This document shows positions 50,181-61,435 of a stretch of DNA of 64,000 bases, one piece after another. The number at the start of each line of letters is the position of its first letter. Within the stretch, counting starts at the first letter, position 1. Source of the stretch: an uncultured delta proteobacterium (GTDB lineage: Bacteria; Desulfobacterota; Desulfomonilia; UBA1062); NCBI GenBank assembly GCA_963785235.1, contig CAWAUM010000011.1:233724-297723 (forward strand). The letters run 5' to 3'. A model generated the notes under the pieces. It was given only the letters and a program-made list of their open reading frames with translations, did no database searches and was not told the origin of the DNA. The position numbers and the translations under genes are program-made.

Positions 50181-52331
50181 TTATTCTTTATGCGTAATGA
50201 TTCGTCTCCCAAGTGTCAGGGGGGATATGCCCGGTATAGTGGAGATGTCCTTGTTATATACAGCTCCTGTTGAAGATATGAATTTCATGACACCATTGTC
50301 CAGATCAATGGAAGGACCAAAAGCGCTGCCCATAAACATGGCCTCTGACTTTGTTTGCCTTCCAGTGAGGGAATCATACTCTTGAAACATGGATATGCCG
50401 GTGTCAATACCTCCGCAGGGAGAATCTTCTTTCCAGGTGCTTAAGAATAACCTGTTATCCATGATTGTCATGCCTGAGGGTGAGCCTCCTTCAAGGGAGA
50501 CAGACCAAACGATATTCTCTTTGGTATAGCATTCAAGGCGTTTATTACTTGCCACGATGAGGTGAAGCTCCTTTCGCCAATGGAACGGACGTATCTCCAT
50601 AATGGGATTATTGGCGGTGGTGTTTATGATGCCCAAGAGTTCGAGCCTGTTGTTAAAAAGATAGACAAGTCCGTCGGATGTCCCTGCAAAAACCCCAGCT
50701 GTGCACGGATCATAGCGCACGACATTAATGGTATGATTAACTTCGAATTGAGCCGTCCCTATGCCGTTTCCAAGATTGTACGCATATATCGTGGAGCCGT
50801 TACTGATATAGGCCATGGATTCGGATGCGTCGATAAAAGACCCTTTATGCTGCCAGATTATCTGAGGTCCCTGGCCTATACACGAAATGATGCCCAGTCT
50901 GTTCGGGCCTGTTATGACCCGTTCGCCTCTCAGTCGCACCTCGCCCCCTATACCTGTCATGAGCCACGTCAGGCTGCCTTCGGGCATGGTGACATTGAGG
51001 AGCTGATCGCGGGATGTAGTGCAGTACAGGTCTGTCTGTGTGGCTGCAAGGTCATGGGCAAGGCCATTCAGGGAATAACCCGGGCAGGATACCAGGCTTA
51101 AAGGACTGACGACACTCGGTCTGTAAAACCGGCATTTGTCGGTTTTGAGCCATGGCGGATCGAGCCGTGCACGGAGGTTTTTCAGTATCATGTCCTGGTC
51201 GTTACGAACCACTATAGGCTGGGTAACCAGCATCTGTTCAGGAACGAGTATCTCCCGTGCCGGCATATACTGACCCCCGCCCTTTATAGCAACACTTCTC
51301 AGATACGCCGTATCAGGGCCGATAATGTGGACATTGATGCCCAGAGACTTCGCATAGGATGAGACATCATCAAGGCAGTGAGAGCCTTCCCCTTCAAAGG
51401 CAGCATCTTTGGCGTTTCCATCATGATCAAAGTCCTTCAGCCAGGAGGGGAGATGGCCGTCGTTTATGGGAACACCTGCAGTAACCAGAATGATATGTTT
51501 GCCGGATACACACTGCGAAGGGAACAGGGTTGTTGCATTATAAAGTGCCTCCGATAAAGGGGCTGAGCCCGATGCCGGATGAACGCCGTCAAGGCCCTGA
51601 AGGATCTGCTGCCATTCAATGGTAAAAGTTTGGATCAGGCCTTGTGACGTGCTCATAAGGGACACTTCACACAGATCCAGTGATTCAAAGAGCGACTTTG
51701 CGTAGGAGAAGGACTTTGTCCACACTGACATTGCACCTGTCAGGCTGCCGAGTGCCGGGGCCCTTTGATATGAGTTGCCCCAGCTTCCCTTGAAATAGGT
51801 GCCCTCAGCGTTCGTGTAGGTGTCTTCAAACTCACAGATATCACTGATGTGGGTTATGCCGCCTGTGGCCCATTTTGAGTAGAGCGCATCGTCTAAGAAA
51901 TCTTGGCCGGATGATGTAATCGTGCTTAATGAATCATCGATGATAATTATGATATGTGGTCTCTGGGCAATCCGGGTGGTGCCTTGTGGGATATCCGCAC
52001 TCTGTTCCCTTAGTGCCACACACCAGGAATATGACTGCATGGCGCTGGTTGCATGTTCGGTGAGCCTGGTGGAAAAACATATATGGTCCCACCCTTCAGG
52101 CGCCACAAGCAGTTTATGGGTTGCGGATGGCATAGTCCCGTTTTGGGGAGCAAAGAGCTGATCTTTAATAATACGATAGAAGGCGTTGCTCGATTTCATA
52201 TGGTACAAGGTTATGGAAGCGGACGCCATGGTAAGCCCCAGGATCACGGTAAGGAGTAGGAGTACAAAGGCAAGGATAAAACCTTGCTCATTGGATGGGG
52301 GATGATAAAGAGAGTTCCTTCTCTGTTCCAT
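50181..52331 (-). CDS. Large modular pilin-like protein with vWA (MIDAS DxSxS) domain and C-terminal beta-rich domain (PilY1-like / tip adhesin candidate)
   Basis: 716 aa. The pilin-like N-terminus is NEQG|FILAFVLLLLTVILG. HIIIIIDDSLSTITSSG is a vWA MIDAS motif, and a conserved Thr motif (HIILVTAGVP) is downstream. Its start overlaps the upstream minor pilin gene. Confidence 0.55.
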   Translation of the reverse strand: MEQRRNSLYHPPSNEQGFILAFVLLLLTVILGLTMASASITLYHMKSSNAFYRIIKDQLFAPQNGTMPSATHKLLVAPEGWDHICFSTRLTEHATSAMQSYSWCVALREQSADIPQGTTRIAQRPHIIIIIDDSLSTITSSGQDFLDDALYSKWATGGITHISDICEFEDTYTNAEGTYFKGSWGNSYQRAPALGSLTGAMSVWTKSFSYAKSLFESLDLCEVSLMSTSQGLIQTFTIEWQQILQGLDGVHPASGSAPLSEALYNATTLFPSQCVSGKHIILVTAGVPINDGHLPSWLKDFDHDGNAKDAAFEGEGSHCLDDVSSYAKSLGINVHIIGPDTAYLRSVAIKGGGQYMPAREILVPEQMLVTQPIVVRNDQDMILKNLRARLDPPWLKTDKCRFYRPSVVSPLSLVSCPGYSLNGLAHDLAATQTDLYCTTSRDQLLNVTMPEGSLTWLMTGIGGEVRLRGERVITGPNRLGIISCIGQGPQIIWQHKGSFIDASESMAYISNGSTIYAYNLGNGIGTAQFEVNHTINVVRYDPCTAGVFAGTSDGLVYLFNNRLELLGIINTTANNPIMEIRPFHWRKELHLIVASNKRLECYTKENIVWSVSLEGGSPSGMTIMDNRLFLSTWKEDSPCGGIDTGISMFQEYDSLTGRQTKSEAMFMGSAFGPSIDLDNGVMKFISSTGAVYNKDISTIPGISPLTLGRRIITHKE

Positions 52332-52980
52332 GGTATCTTGACCTCATGCGAATTGTCAGATCATTGCCTGAAATCGTTGGATGAAAGAGGACTACTGCCT
52401 CTGCAAGCAGTTGGTTGTTCCGGTAGAGGCCGTCTCCCTTCAGTTCATAGTGGATAGCCGGGACCGCCCTGTTGCCTTGTACAGGCATTATGGCGCATGT
52501 CAGAGGGAGGGTTTTTTTATCCAGGCCCCGTGAATAGTTGTGGCCTACAACACAGGGGCCGTTCTCGGTTATTATTCCAAGGTCGGCCCAGAAGTCTGCG
52601 CGGCCGTCATTGTCGATATCTACGGTATCGAGTATTGCAACCCTTTCAGCTGAGGAATTGATGAGTGCATAGTAAGGTGCCGGATTGGTCAAGGATATGC
52701 TGATACCGGGATTTTCAGATGTGACAGGCACCCCTGCAATAAAAAGCTGGCTGCCTTCAATCGCAATCTTAAGGTCCTGCGGGAGCAATAATGCACACTG
52801 AACGAGATCTGCATTCAGCTGGATAGAGGCCTGGCGGAGCGACTGCATGCAATACCATGCCTCTCTCATTTCTTTATGCGTAACAGCCGAAACCTGGTAG
52901 AATTGATAGAGAGCGAGAAAAAGTATTGATGAGCATGCAAGCGCTATAAGCAACTCCACCATGCCCACACCTCTTTCCAT
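52288..52980 (-). CDS. Minor pseudopilin (prepilin-type N-terminal domain, GspJ/PilW-like)
   Basis: 230 aa. The N-terminus MERGVGMVELLIALACSSILFLAL has G at -1 and E at +5. It is the first gene of the operon. Confidence 0.5.
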   Translation of the reverse strand: MERGVGMVELLIALACSSILFLALYQFYQVSAVTHKEMREAWYCMQSLRQASIQLNADLVQCALLLPQDLKIAIEGSQLFIAGVPVTSENPGISISLTNPAPYYALINSSAERVAILDTVDIDNDGRADFWADLGIITENGPCVVGHNYSRGLDKKTLPLTCAIMPVQGNRAVPAIHYELKGDGLYRNNQLLAEAVVLFHPTISGNDLTIRMRSRYHGTEKELSLSSPIQ

Positions 52981-53200
52981 TGTATGCCCCTTCCACTATA
53001 AAATATACTTATATGAAAGGAGGGATAATTCTTGGGAATAGAGATTAAACAAGAGAGAGCAGCAAGCTCAACAACAATACAATAAATACAGTTTAATATA
53101 ATACTATGAACCCGGTGCTTGTCAAGGGATGAAAGTACGCCTTAGGAAAATGACAATGGACAACCTTAAGAGATATTGATAATAATCGCACCAAAACAAG

Positions 53201-54855
53201 ATGGAGCGCATGCAGAGCAGGGGAAATATACTTATCGCGGTTATTGTGGTGATCGCCATTGCCATGACCCTGTTCCTGATTGTACCCCTTGGCGGTAAGG
53301 TGGGGCAGCTCAGGGAAGCCACCATCTCGTTCATCTTCCGGAAGCCCCCGCAGTTCACCTCCATGGAGGTCGATGTGGAGGGGGCCCGCAAGGTGGTAAG
53401 AGCGGGTGAGTCACTCAAGATCAAGGGTGGTGAGACCATCATCATCACCAAGGTCCATGCAAATACGTTCTTCGATTCATACCTGTCTGCTGATGTTGTA
53501 GGCTTCAGTAAACCAAACGACATGAATGAACCCATCGATACGGTGGAGATCCGCAATCAGCTCATAGCCGCCGGCATCAAATCGGTCCCCATTGATATTT
53601 TCTACCTCGACCGGAAGATCGCCAAGGTCCCCCTTGAGTTGGATCTGAATGAGCAGGACTTTATCAATCAGATAAGATCAGCCAAGAGTGATGAGGAAAA
53701 GATCTCCCTTTTGCGCTCCGCACATGCAACATTTCCGAAGAATATGTCCTTTCTGGATGAGCTTGATAAGCTCTTGAGTGCTAAAGAAGATTACCAGGCA
53801 CTGGTGGGGATCTATAAGGGGGTTGTGGAAGCCGATCCTGCGAATTTGGCGGCATACTTGAATCTCTCAGCATATTACATAAAGCTGAAGAACTACGATG
53901 AGGCCCTTGCCATGTGCCGGAAAATTATCGATGCGGGCAAGGCGGATGCGGTCATTTACCGCCGCATGGCCTATATCGCAGGCGAAAAGGGTGATCTTGA
54001 AAACCGTGTTGTATACCTGAAAAAGGCCCTTGAACTTGATAAACAAAACGAAGCCGTGGTTGTCGACCTGGCCAAGACCTATGAACAGGCAGGCATGAAA
54101 CAGCAGGCCCTTGATGTGTACCAGTCTGCTTCGGATATTGCCAAGGACAGGGATATCCTTATCCCTCTGATTCAAAATGCGATGAAAAAAGAAGATTATA
54201 AAAAGGCGCTCGATCTTCTGAAGCGCTACATTCAGCGCTACCCCAATGATAAGAATGCCACTTGCTCAGCTTGCCATGGTCATGGGCAAGCTGGGTGATA
54301 CAAAGGCGCAGGTTATATATTACCAGAAGGCGGCTGAACTTTCGCCTTCAGACAGCGTGATCTGGTATAACCTCGGTGTTGCCCGCGAAAAACTCGGCGA
54401 TAACAAGGGCGCCCTTGACGCCTATGACAAAGGTGCTCCAGATGAAGCAGGCAGATATGGATTCCATGCAGGCTGCGGCAGGCCTGTCTTTGAAACTGGG
54501 CCAGTACAAGGATGCATACGCGTATTATTCATCCCTGGCGAAAAAGACATCCAAGAAGGAACACCTTAAGGGACTTGTGAGCGCCGCTGTCGGATTGAAG
54601 GACCAGGACAAGGTTATCGAGGCCGGTACCTTGTTCCTCAAGAACAACAAGGACCATGACGTGGCCATGGCACTCGGGTATGCCTATGAGTCCAGGGCTT
54701 CTACACGTGAGCCCCGGGCAAAGCTGGATGACCTGAATAAGGCCTTGGAGGCATATCAGACAGCCCGTAAGGTCAATCCCGCATCCAGGATTGCAGGCGA
54801 GAAGATACCCGAGCTTAAGATTGAGATCCTTAAGCTCAGGAAGGCAAGGCAGTAA
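53201..54855 (+). CDS. TPR-repeat membrane-anchored protein (two apparent frameshifts near 54250-54300 and 54400-54480)
   Basis: It has an N-terminal TM helix followed by many TPR repeats spread across ORFs 53201-54298, 54246-54569 and 54376-54855. It is transcribed divergently from the pilus/secretion operon. Confidence 0.5.
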
Positions 54856-54896
54856 GGCCGCGTGTGTATATGAGCCCTGGGAGTCAAACACACGTC

Positions 54897-55553
54897 ATGG
54901 ATAGGACGTTTGCCATCGGAGACATCCATGGATGTCTCGATAAACTCGAAGACCTCATAAAGCTCATCGATCCTGGCCCGAAGGACAGCCTGATTTTTCT
55001 GGGTGATTACGTCGACCGGGGCGAATCCGCCTCAGAGGTGATCGATTACCTTATAGATCTTGCGCGCAGGGTGCCCTGTGTTTTTTTGCGGGGCAACCAT
55101 GAGGATATGTTTATCACCTTCTTGGAGTTCGGCTCGAATAAGACGATCTTTTTTGCCAATGGCGGCCTTAAGACCATCGAGTCCTACATCAAGCCCGAAC
55201 GTTTTACCGGCAATGACCAGGTGGCCCGAAGGTTGCCCGAGGCACATAGAGATTTTCTCTCAAATCTCAAGCTGTATCATGAGGATGACGGGTATATTTA
55301 TGTGCATGCAGGCATCAAGCCCGGCAATCCCATGATAGAGCAGGACAGGTATGACCTTCTCTGGATCAGGGACGAGTTCATCTTTTCGCCCACCGGCATG
55401 GAGAAGAAGGTGATCTTCGGGCATACACCCTTTGCCAGGCCCATGGTGAAACCGGATAAGATCGGGATAGATACCGGGGCGGTCTATGGCGGGGTTCTCA
55501 CGGCCATAGAGATCCCGGGCGAAACATTCATCCAGTCCTTCAGGCAGGCATAG
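54897..55553 (+). CDS. Ser/Thr protein phosphatase family metallophosphoesterase (PrpA/ApaH-like)
   Basis: The motifs are AIGDIHGCLDKL, LGDYVDRG and GNHE. The likely start is MDRTF. Confidence 0.7.
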   Translation: MDRTFAIGDIHGCLDKLEDLIKLIDPGPKDSLIFLGDYVDRGESASEVIDYLIDLARRVPCVFLRGNHEDMFITFLEFGSNKTIFFANGGLKTIESYIKPERFTGNDQVARRLPEAHRDFLSNLKLYHEDDGYIYVHAGIKPGNPMIEQDRYDLLWIRDEFIFSPTGMEKKVIFGHTPFARPMVKPDKIGIDTGAVYGGVLTAIEIPGETFIQSFRQA

Positions 55554-55577
55554 GCCTTATAAACGAGAATAACAGCC

Positions 55578-56237
55578 ATGTCCAAGGATTATTACCGGAT
55601 TCTGGAAATATCCAAGGATGCAACGTCTTTAGAGATCAAGAAGACCTACCGCAGGCTCGCCCTTCAATATCACCCTGATCGTAACCCCGATAGACCCGGC
55701 CTATAGAGCATTTCAAGGAGATCACCGAGGCATACGGGGTGCTTATCGACCCGGACAAGCGGCGGAAATATGACATGCAGCGTGAGATTCTCCTTCAACC
55801 GGGAGACGGTGTTCGAAGATATCTTATCCAAATCAGAGTTCCGGGACGTCTTCGATGATCTGCCCATACGAAAAGAATGGATTGACCGCATATTGAACGT
55901 GAGCAAGGTCTTTGCCTATGAGGCCTTTGTGGTGGGAGGCACGCCCAGTGCAATCCTGAGGCGGTCCATGGTGCGCCTGGCATCGCAGGGATTGAACAGG
56001 ATGTTCCATGCAGTCATGGACATGCACGAAAAGGTTGCCATCCCTTCAAGCATTGCCGTGCTCGGGGGATACATAACCCTGGAGTACAGGCCGGGCTTTG
56101 TGAAACACAAGATCCGTGTGAAAATACCCAGGAACACGCAGCAAGGCACAATGCTCAGGGTCCTGGGGATGGGCAGGTCAAGCCCGTCAAGAAAGGCAGG
56201 GGACCTCTATTTGCAGGTGGACATCGAATCGTTGTAA
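55578..56237 (+). CDS. J-domain protein (CbpA/DnaJ-like), two apparent frameshifts
   Basis: The J domain is [34 protein letters not shown], then [23 protein letters not shown] in another frame. The C-terminal DnaJ_C-like [22 protein letters not shown]...GDLYLQVDI is in ORF 55770-56237. Confidence 0.65.
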
Positions 56238-57151
56238 ATGACGATCTGGTTCTTGCCGTGCGTCTTGCCCCAGTACATGGCCGCATCCGCCATTTTGATG
56301 ACCTCGTGCGGATCGCTGGAATCCTTCGGCAGGCTGGAAAGGCCTATGGTGACGCTGACCTCAAGCGTTGATTCAACCGTGCTGCAGATACGCTCTGACA
56401 CCACCACGGCCTCTTCAATGGAGGTTTCGGGGAAGAGGATAATGAACTCCTCGCCGCCATAACGGGCAAGGATGTCGCAGTTTCTCGTGTTATGCTTGAA
56501 CACATGGGACAGGCGCACGAGCATTTCGTTGCCCTATTCATGCCCTTTGGCGTCGTTGTACTTCTTGAAATCGTCGATATCGATCATGGCCAGAGACATT
56601 GTCCTGTTGTACCGCAGGTGTCTCGAAACCTCGTTCTTGAGTACGCTCATGAGGTGCCGGAAATTGTACATGCCCGTGAGTTCGTCGGTGCGGGAGAGGT
56701 TCCGGTAGTAGTCAGCCAGTTCGGCCTCCTCTTTGAGCCTGACCTCTTCGAGGATCCTTTGGATGGTGAGGTGGAGGTGGTCGAGCAGAATCGGTTTGGT
56801 AATAAAATCCGAGGCGCCGAGCTTCATGCATTCCACTGCATCACGAATGGTGCCGTACCCGGTAATCATGACAGCCTGGATATCGGACCTGATCTTTTTG
56901 ATGGATTTCAATAACTCCGAACCTGTCATGCCCGGCAGGTGAAGATCCACAATGGCTATATGAAAGAGGTCTTTCTGGACGAATGCAATTGCCTGCTCCC
57001 CACTCATGGCGGTTGTTACATCAAAATCGTGCCCTAAAAGATACTCTTCAATAAGATCAAGGGTCTCCTGTTCATCATCCACAATCAGGACCCGAGTTGT
57101 TTTCTTCACAAGCGTGGCACCCATCGTATCAGCCGTTCTCCTTGTCCTCAC
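56207..57151 (-). CDS. Response regulator with GGDEF output (diguanylate cyclase, PleD-like); one apparent frameshift near 56525
   Basis: REC is VLIVDDEQE...AIVDLHLPGMTG. The GGDEF domain has RYGGEEF in ORF 56207-56524. Confidence 0.8.
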
Positions 57152-57348
57152 ATAATAATTCCATGAAGAGAACTTACAACTATCTTCATACTAACGGATA
57201 ATTGTCTACAATTCATGAGAGTTATTTTCGTTTACCGTCAGGGGGTGCTAGTATTAGCGAAATAATTTCAAGTAGGTGTCTCATGAGCTTTTATGTATAA
57301 CAGAATTCCCTCTAAAGATATTTTAAAAAAAGTCCGTTAAAGGGTGGG

Positions 57349-58156
57349 ATGCAACAGGCTTGTCTTATCAAGAAGATTGAACAGCATATTGAGAGTATTC
57401 CGACGCTTGAGTCCAGCCGGATGAGGCTCTTTAATGTGCTCCAGGAGGAAGAATCCTCCATAGAGGGTATTGAGCAGGTAATATCCAGTGATCCTGCCCT
57501 TGTAGCCAAAGTGATCAAGCTGGCGAATTCGTCGTTCTACCGTCATGCCGACAGGCATGTGGGAATCCAGCAGGCATTACGCACCATCGGTCTTGACATG
57601 GTGAAATGCATCGCATTGTCCATGGCCGTGATGGAGACCTTCGGCACCCAGACCCCTTCAATGAAGCAGCTCTGGAGGCATTCCTATGCAGTGGCTTATA
57701 TATCAGGACTGCTCGGGAATTCCAAAGCCGAGAAGGAGTGTCTCTTCACCGGGGGGCTTCTCCATGATATCGGCAGGATGATACTGATCTGCAGAGACAC
57801 CTGAACACTATCTTCCCCTTTGCGAATTCACCGGTAGCTGGCCCGATCTGGCATTAGAGCGCGATGTTTTCTCCATGGACCACACAATAATCGGCGAAAT
57901 GATCGCGAAGCGCTGGCATTTTCCGCCGGAAGTCATAGCGCTGATAAGGTATCATCATGAACCAATGAGCCGAGCAACCGCCCTTGTTTATCTGACGGAT
58001 CAGGTCGTCATGCAGCATGAGAGGGGTTTGATCACAGAAGATTTTGAGCAGGAGGTCGGAATCAGAAACCATCTTGGTGATGAGTATAAAGATCTTGTAA
58101 ATACTATTAGACAAAGGTATAGAACGAACACGGTTATATTTGAAAATTTGGGGTAA
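57349..58156 (+). CDS. HDOD domain protein (apparent frameshift near 57800-57880)
   Basis: The HDOD signature is ALVAKVIKLANSSFY...ALRTIGLDMVKCIALSMAV...GGLLHDIGRMIL. The continuation is in ORF 57875-58156. Confidence 0.7.
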
Positions 58157-58164
58157 GGGGCATT

Positions 58165-60292
58165 GTGTTTGCCGTGAAGGAGCTGCATATTCTACGGGGC
58201 GAATCCACAGAGCTTACCTCGACTCGTGAAGCGATCCTGCTTGATCTCCTCAGCAAGGCCTCTGATTTCTATGAACAAACGGTAGGGGTACTTTCTTCCA
58301 TCTTCGAGATCACCGAATTCGTCTCTAAAGGCTCTCCGGAGAGCGATTTTTTCGCTTATGTAACAGGCGTGCTCATCGAGGAGTCAAGGTGTGAAAACGC
58401 CTCAATCTTCATGGTGGAGAACGGCATGGTAGTACTCAAGGCCGCTTCCGGTATAACAATAAACAATGCCAATCCTCATGTGAGCATGGCACTCGGAGAG
58501 GGTGTTGCCGGAACCTGTGCACAAGATGGAAAGACCATCTTAGTTCATGATGTACAAGACTGTGAATTTTTCAAAAAGATGGATTCCGCCAAGGTAACCA
58601 TTGGTTCCATGCTGTGCGTGCCCATTAAGGAAGGAAACCGGACGCTCGGCGTCATGAACCTGTCCCACTCATGCAAGGGCTTATTTCAATGTCCATTATG
58701 TCCGGGTGTTTGAGCTCATGGGCCTGCTCATCGGCCAGATGCTTACCCTGGTGCAGCTCTATGAAGTCTTCCATCGGAAAAATTCAGATTTGACTGAACT
58801 CTTAAGCGAAAGAGACGAATCTTTACGAAGCGTTACCGAGAGGTATAAGGCGGTTGTCGATATTTCCGAGGAGATGATATTCATTATCGACATGGCAGGC
58901 CGTGTCCTGTTTCTCAACAGGGCCCTGCAGTTACTCCTGACAAGGCCGCCAGTGACCATTTCGGATATCTTCGATGAGAGGTGCGTTTCCTTGATCCTTG
59001 AAACCGTTTCTCAGGCAGATACCGGACATTCCACCGAGTTTGATCTCAATGTGAAGGTGGGAGATAAGGCCGATGTCATCGCTCAGTTCTTTGTCAAGCA
59101 TATCGATACCGACCAGATTCTCGTAATTATGCGTGACATCACTGCCAAGAAGCGCATGGAGCAGAAGACCATGCAGACAGAGAAGCTCACCTCGCTCGGG
59201 CTTCTTACCTCCGGGATAGCCCATGAGCTCAACAACAAGCTCACGCCTATCCTGGGATTTGCCGACCTCATGGACCCGGATCATCTGACCCCTCAGGACA
59301 AAAAGAGGCTTTCCATCATCATCAACTCGGCCTCGGCCGCCAAGGGCATTGTGGAATCCCTGCTCAAGTTTTCCCGGAACAAACCCCCGGAGAAGAACAT
59401 CTTCGACATGCGTGATGTTATCAAGAGGACTATGAACCTCTATAGCCCCATCATCAAGAAGCGCGGTATAGAAATCATCAACGAGGATCCTGAAGAGCCG
59501 CTGTACATTAAGGCAGACATGAATTGCATGGAGCAGGTGCTCGTGAACTTCATCAACAATTCCATCGATGCCATTGATGAGCACCCCGGCACCATCTGGA
59601 TCAGGTCGTTCATCAATGATGAATTTGTAAATGTCACTATTGAGGATACTGGTCCAGGCATTGCTGAAGGCGTCAAGACAAAGATATTTGATCCGTTTTT
59701 CACCACCAAGCCGAAGGACAAGGGAACAGGACTCGGGCTTTCCATATGCTACGGGATCATTTCCGACCACAAGGGCGAGGTGTTCATTGAAAATACAAGC
59801 AATGGCGCCATGGCGACCATGAAGATCCCTGCCATCATGGATATGGACGCCAAAGACAGGGATGCTGTCATAGATGATGAGCCCGCCTGCACGCCCTCTG
59901 ACAGCCGGAAGAGGCAGAGCCTGATCATGGTGGTGGAGGACGAGGCGGATCTCCTTGACCTCATGGTGGACACCTTGAGCCCGCACTACAAGGTCATCAC
60001 CTTCGAGAACGGCAGGAAGGCCTGTGATAACATCGAAGAGTATGCCTGGGAACTCATCATATCCGACCTGAGGATGCCGGTGATGAACGGCATGGAATTC
60101 TACCACGAGGCGATAAAGAAGAACCCGGGTTTAAAAAAGAGGTTCTTGTTCATTACCGGTGATACCTATGACTTCCAGGTTAAGGAATTTCTTGAGACCA
60201 CCGGTGTAACATTCCTGAGGAAGCCTTTCAGGATCAAGGAGTTGAGGGAATCCGTGCACAAGCACCTGCAATTGAGGATGATTAAGGAATGA
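58165..60292 (+). CDS. Hybrid sensor histidine kinase, GAF-PAS-HisKA-HATPase-REC (apparent frameshift near 58700)
   Basis: GAF is in ORF 58165-58713. The H-box is IAHELNNKLTPIL, the G-box is GTGLGLSICYGII, and the C-terminal REC is LIMVVEDEADL...ISDLRMPVMNG. Confidence 0.8.
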
Positions 60293-60963
60293 GTATTAAG
60301 AGGATACTCGTTGTGGACGATGAAGAGATCGTCCGTTATTCACTGAAAAATATCCTTACAACCAATGGGTTTGAGGTGGATGAAGTAGGCTCTGCCGAGG
60401 AAGCGCTCAAACTCCTCTATACCAAGAGCTTTCATCTGGTGCTCACCGACCTTGTGCTGGAAGGCATGGGCGGGCTTGAGTTGCTGGAGAACATCAAGGT
60501 TATATCGCCCAGGACACTGGTGATCGTGATTACGGGCTATGGTTCCCTGAAGACCGCTGTGGCTGCCCTGAGGCTCGGGGTGTACGACTATCTCCTCAAG
60601 CCCTGTGACGAAAATGAACTCGTTTTGAGGGTGCGCAGGGCGCTTGAGATGCAGGGTTACGGCACGGAACAGAAAAAACTCCATGAATTAAGCGCCATTG
60701 CCAAGACCGCGGTGACACTCTCGGACAAGATCAATACCCCGCTCAACATCATCCTGGGCAACATCGAGATGCTCGAGCTCAGCCCGGAGCTTGAGAGGAA
60801 CACCAAGATACAAGAGACACTTCATGTCATGGAAACGCAGATATTCACCATCAAGAAGGTAATGGATAAGCTGGCCAGCCTCACGAACGCCGATACCAAA
60901 AGATACCCGGCTTTAAGGGATTATGAGATTATTGATTTGACAAGCGAGGGGGCCAATGATTAG
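60289..60963 (+). CDS. Response regulator receiver fused to a DHp-like (HisKA-like) helix lacking the phospho-His (SDKINTPL)
   Basis: REC is ILVVDDEEIV...LTDLVLEGMGG. The C-terminal helix LSDKINTPLNIILGNIEML aligns to an H-box with Asp in place of His. There is no ATPase domain. Confidence 0.65.
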   Translation: MSIKRILVVDDEEIVRYSLKNILTTNGFEVDEVGSAEEALKLLYTKSFHLVLTDLVLEGMGGLELLENIKVISPRTLVIVITGYGSLKTAVAALRLGVYDYLLKPCDENELVLRVRRALEMQGYGTEQKKLHELSAIAKTAVTLSDKINTPLNIILGNIEMLELSPELERNTKIQETLHVMETQIFTIKKVMDKLASLTNADTKRYPALRDYEIIDLTSEGAND

Positions 60964-61435
60964 TTCAAAGCAGATCCTGATCGTTGATGATTCCCATGAC
61001 CTGACCCATGTGATAGCGGATTTCCTGGGCATGTACGGATACCAGGTTCATACGGCGCACAATGGGTACGATGCCTTGGAATGTATGCACTCGCAGCATA
61101 TCCAGGTCGTGGTGAGCGACATCCATATGCCTCGCATGGATGGATTCACGCTGATGGGAGAGATCAAGGCAAAGTACCCCGAGGTGCCCATTGTCCTGAT
61201 TACGGGATTTTCCGTTAGCGAGGCCCAGAAAATGGCCTTTGACCATGGGGCTAATGCCTTTGTTGCAAAGCCCTTCAAACTCAAGGAGCTCAAGAGTGTG
61301 ATAGAATCGGTTTCACAAGAAGATATACACAACAGCATTGAGGAGGTAGATAATGAAGAAGACGACCAAGGTGAAGAAACCCCAGAAGGTTCTCTGCTAC
61401 ATCGATTATGCAAAGTACAGCGCCTTTATTGTTGA
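60956..61435 (+). CDS. Single-domain response regulator (CheY-like REC) with acidic tail
   Basis: ILIVDDSHD...VVSDIHMPRMDG...VAKPFKLKEL. Its 3' end overlaps the usp start by about 80 nt, so the true stop may be earlier. Confidence 0.7.
   Translation: MISSKQILIVDDSHDLTHVIADFLGMYGYQVHTAHNGYDALECMHSQHIQVVVSDIHMPRMDGFTLMGEIKAKYPEVPIVLITGFSVSEAQKMAFDHGANAFVAKPFKLKELKSVIESVSQEDIHNSIEEVDNEEDDQGEETPEGSLLHRLCKVQRLYC

Noticed and set aside
58931-60106. 391-aa minus-strand ORF antisense to the hybrid histidine kinase
   Set aside because: It is a shadow ORF. The + strand has the H-box, G-boxes and REC domain, and the minus-strand product has no motifs.
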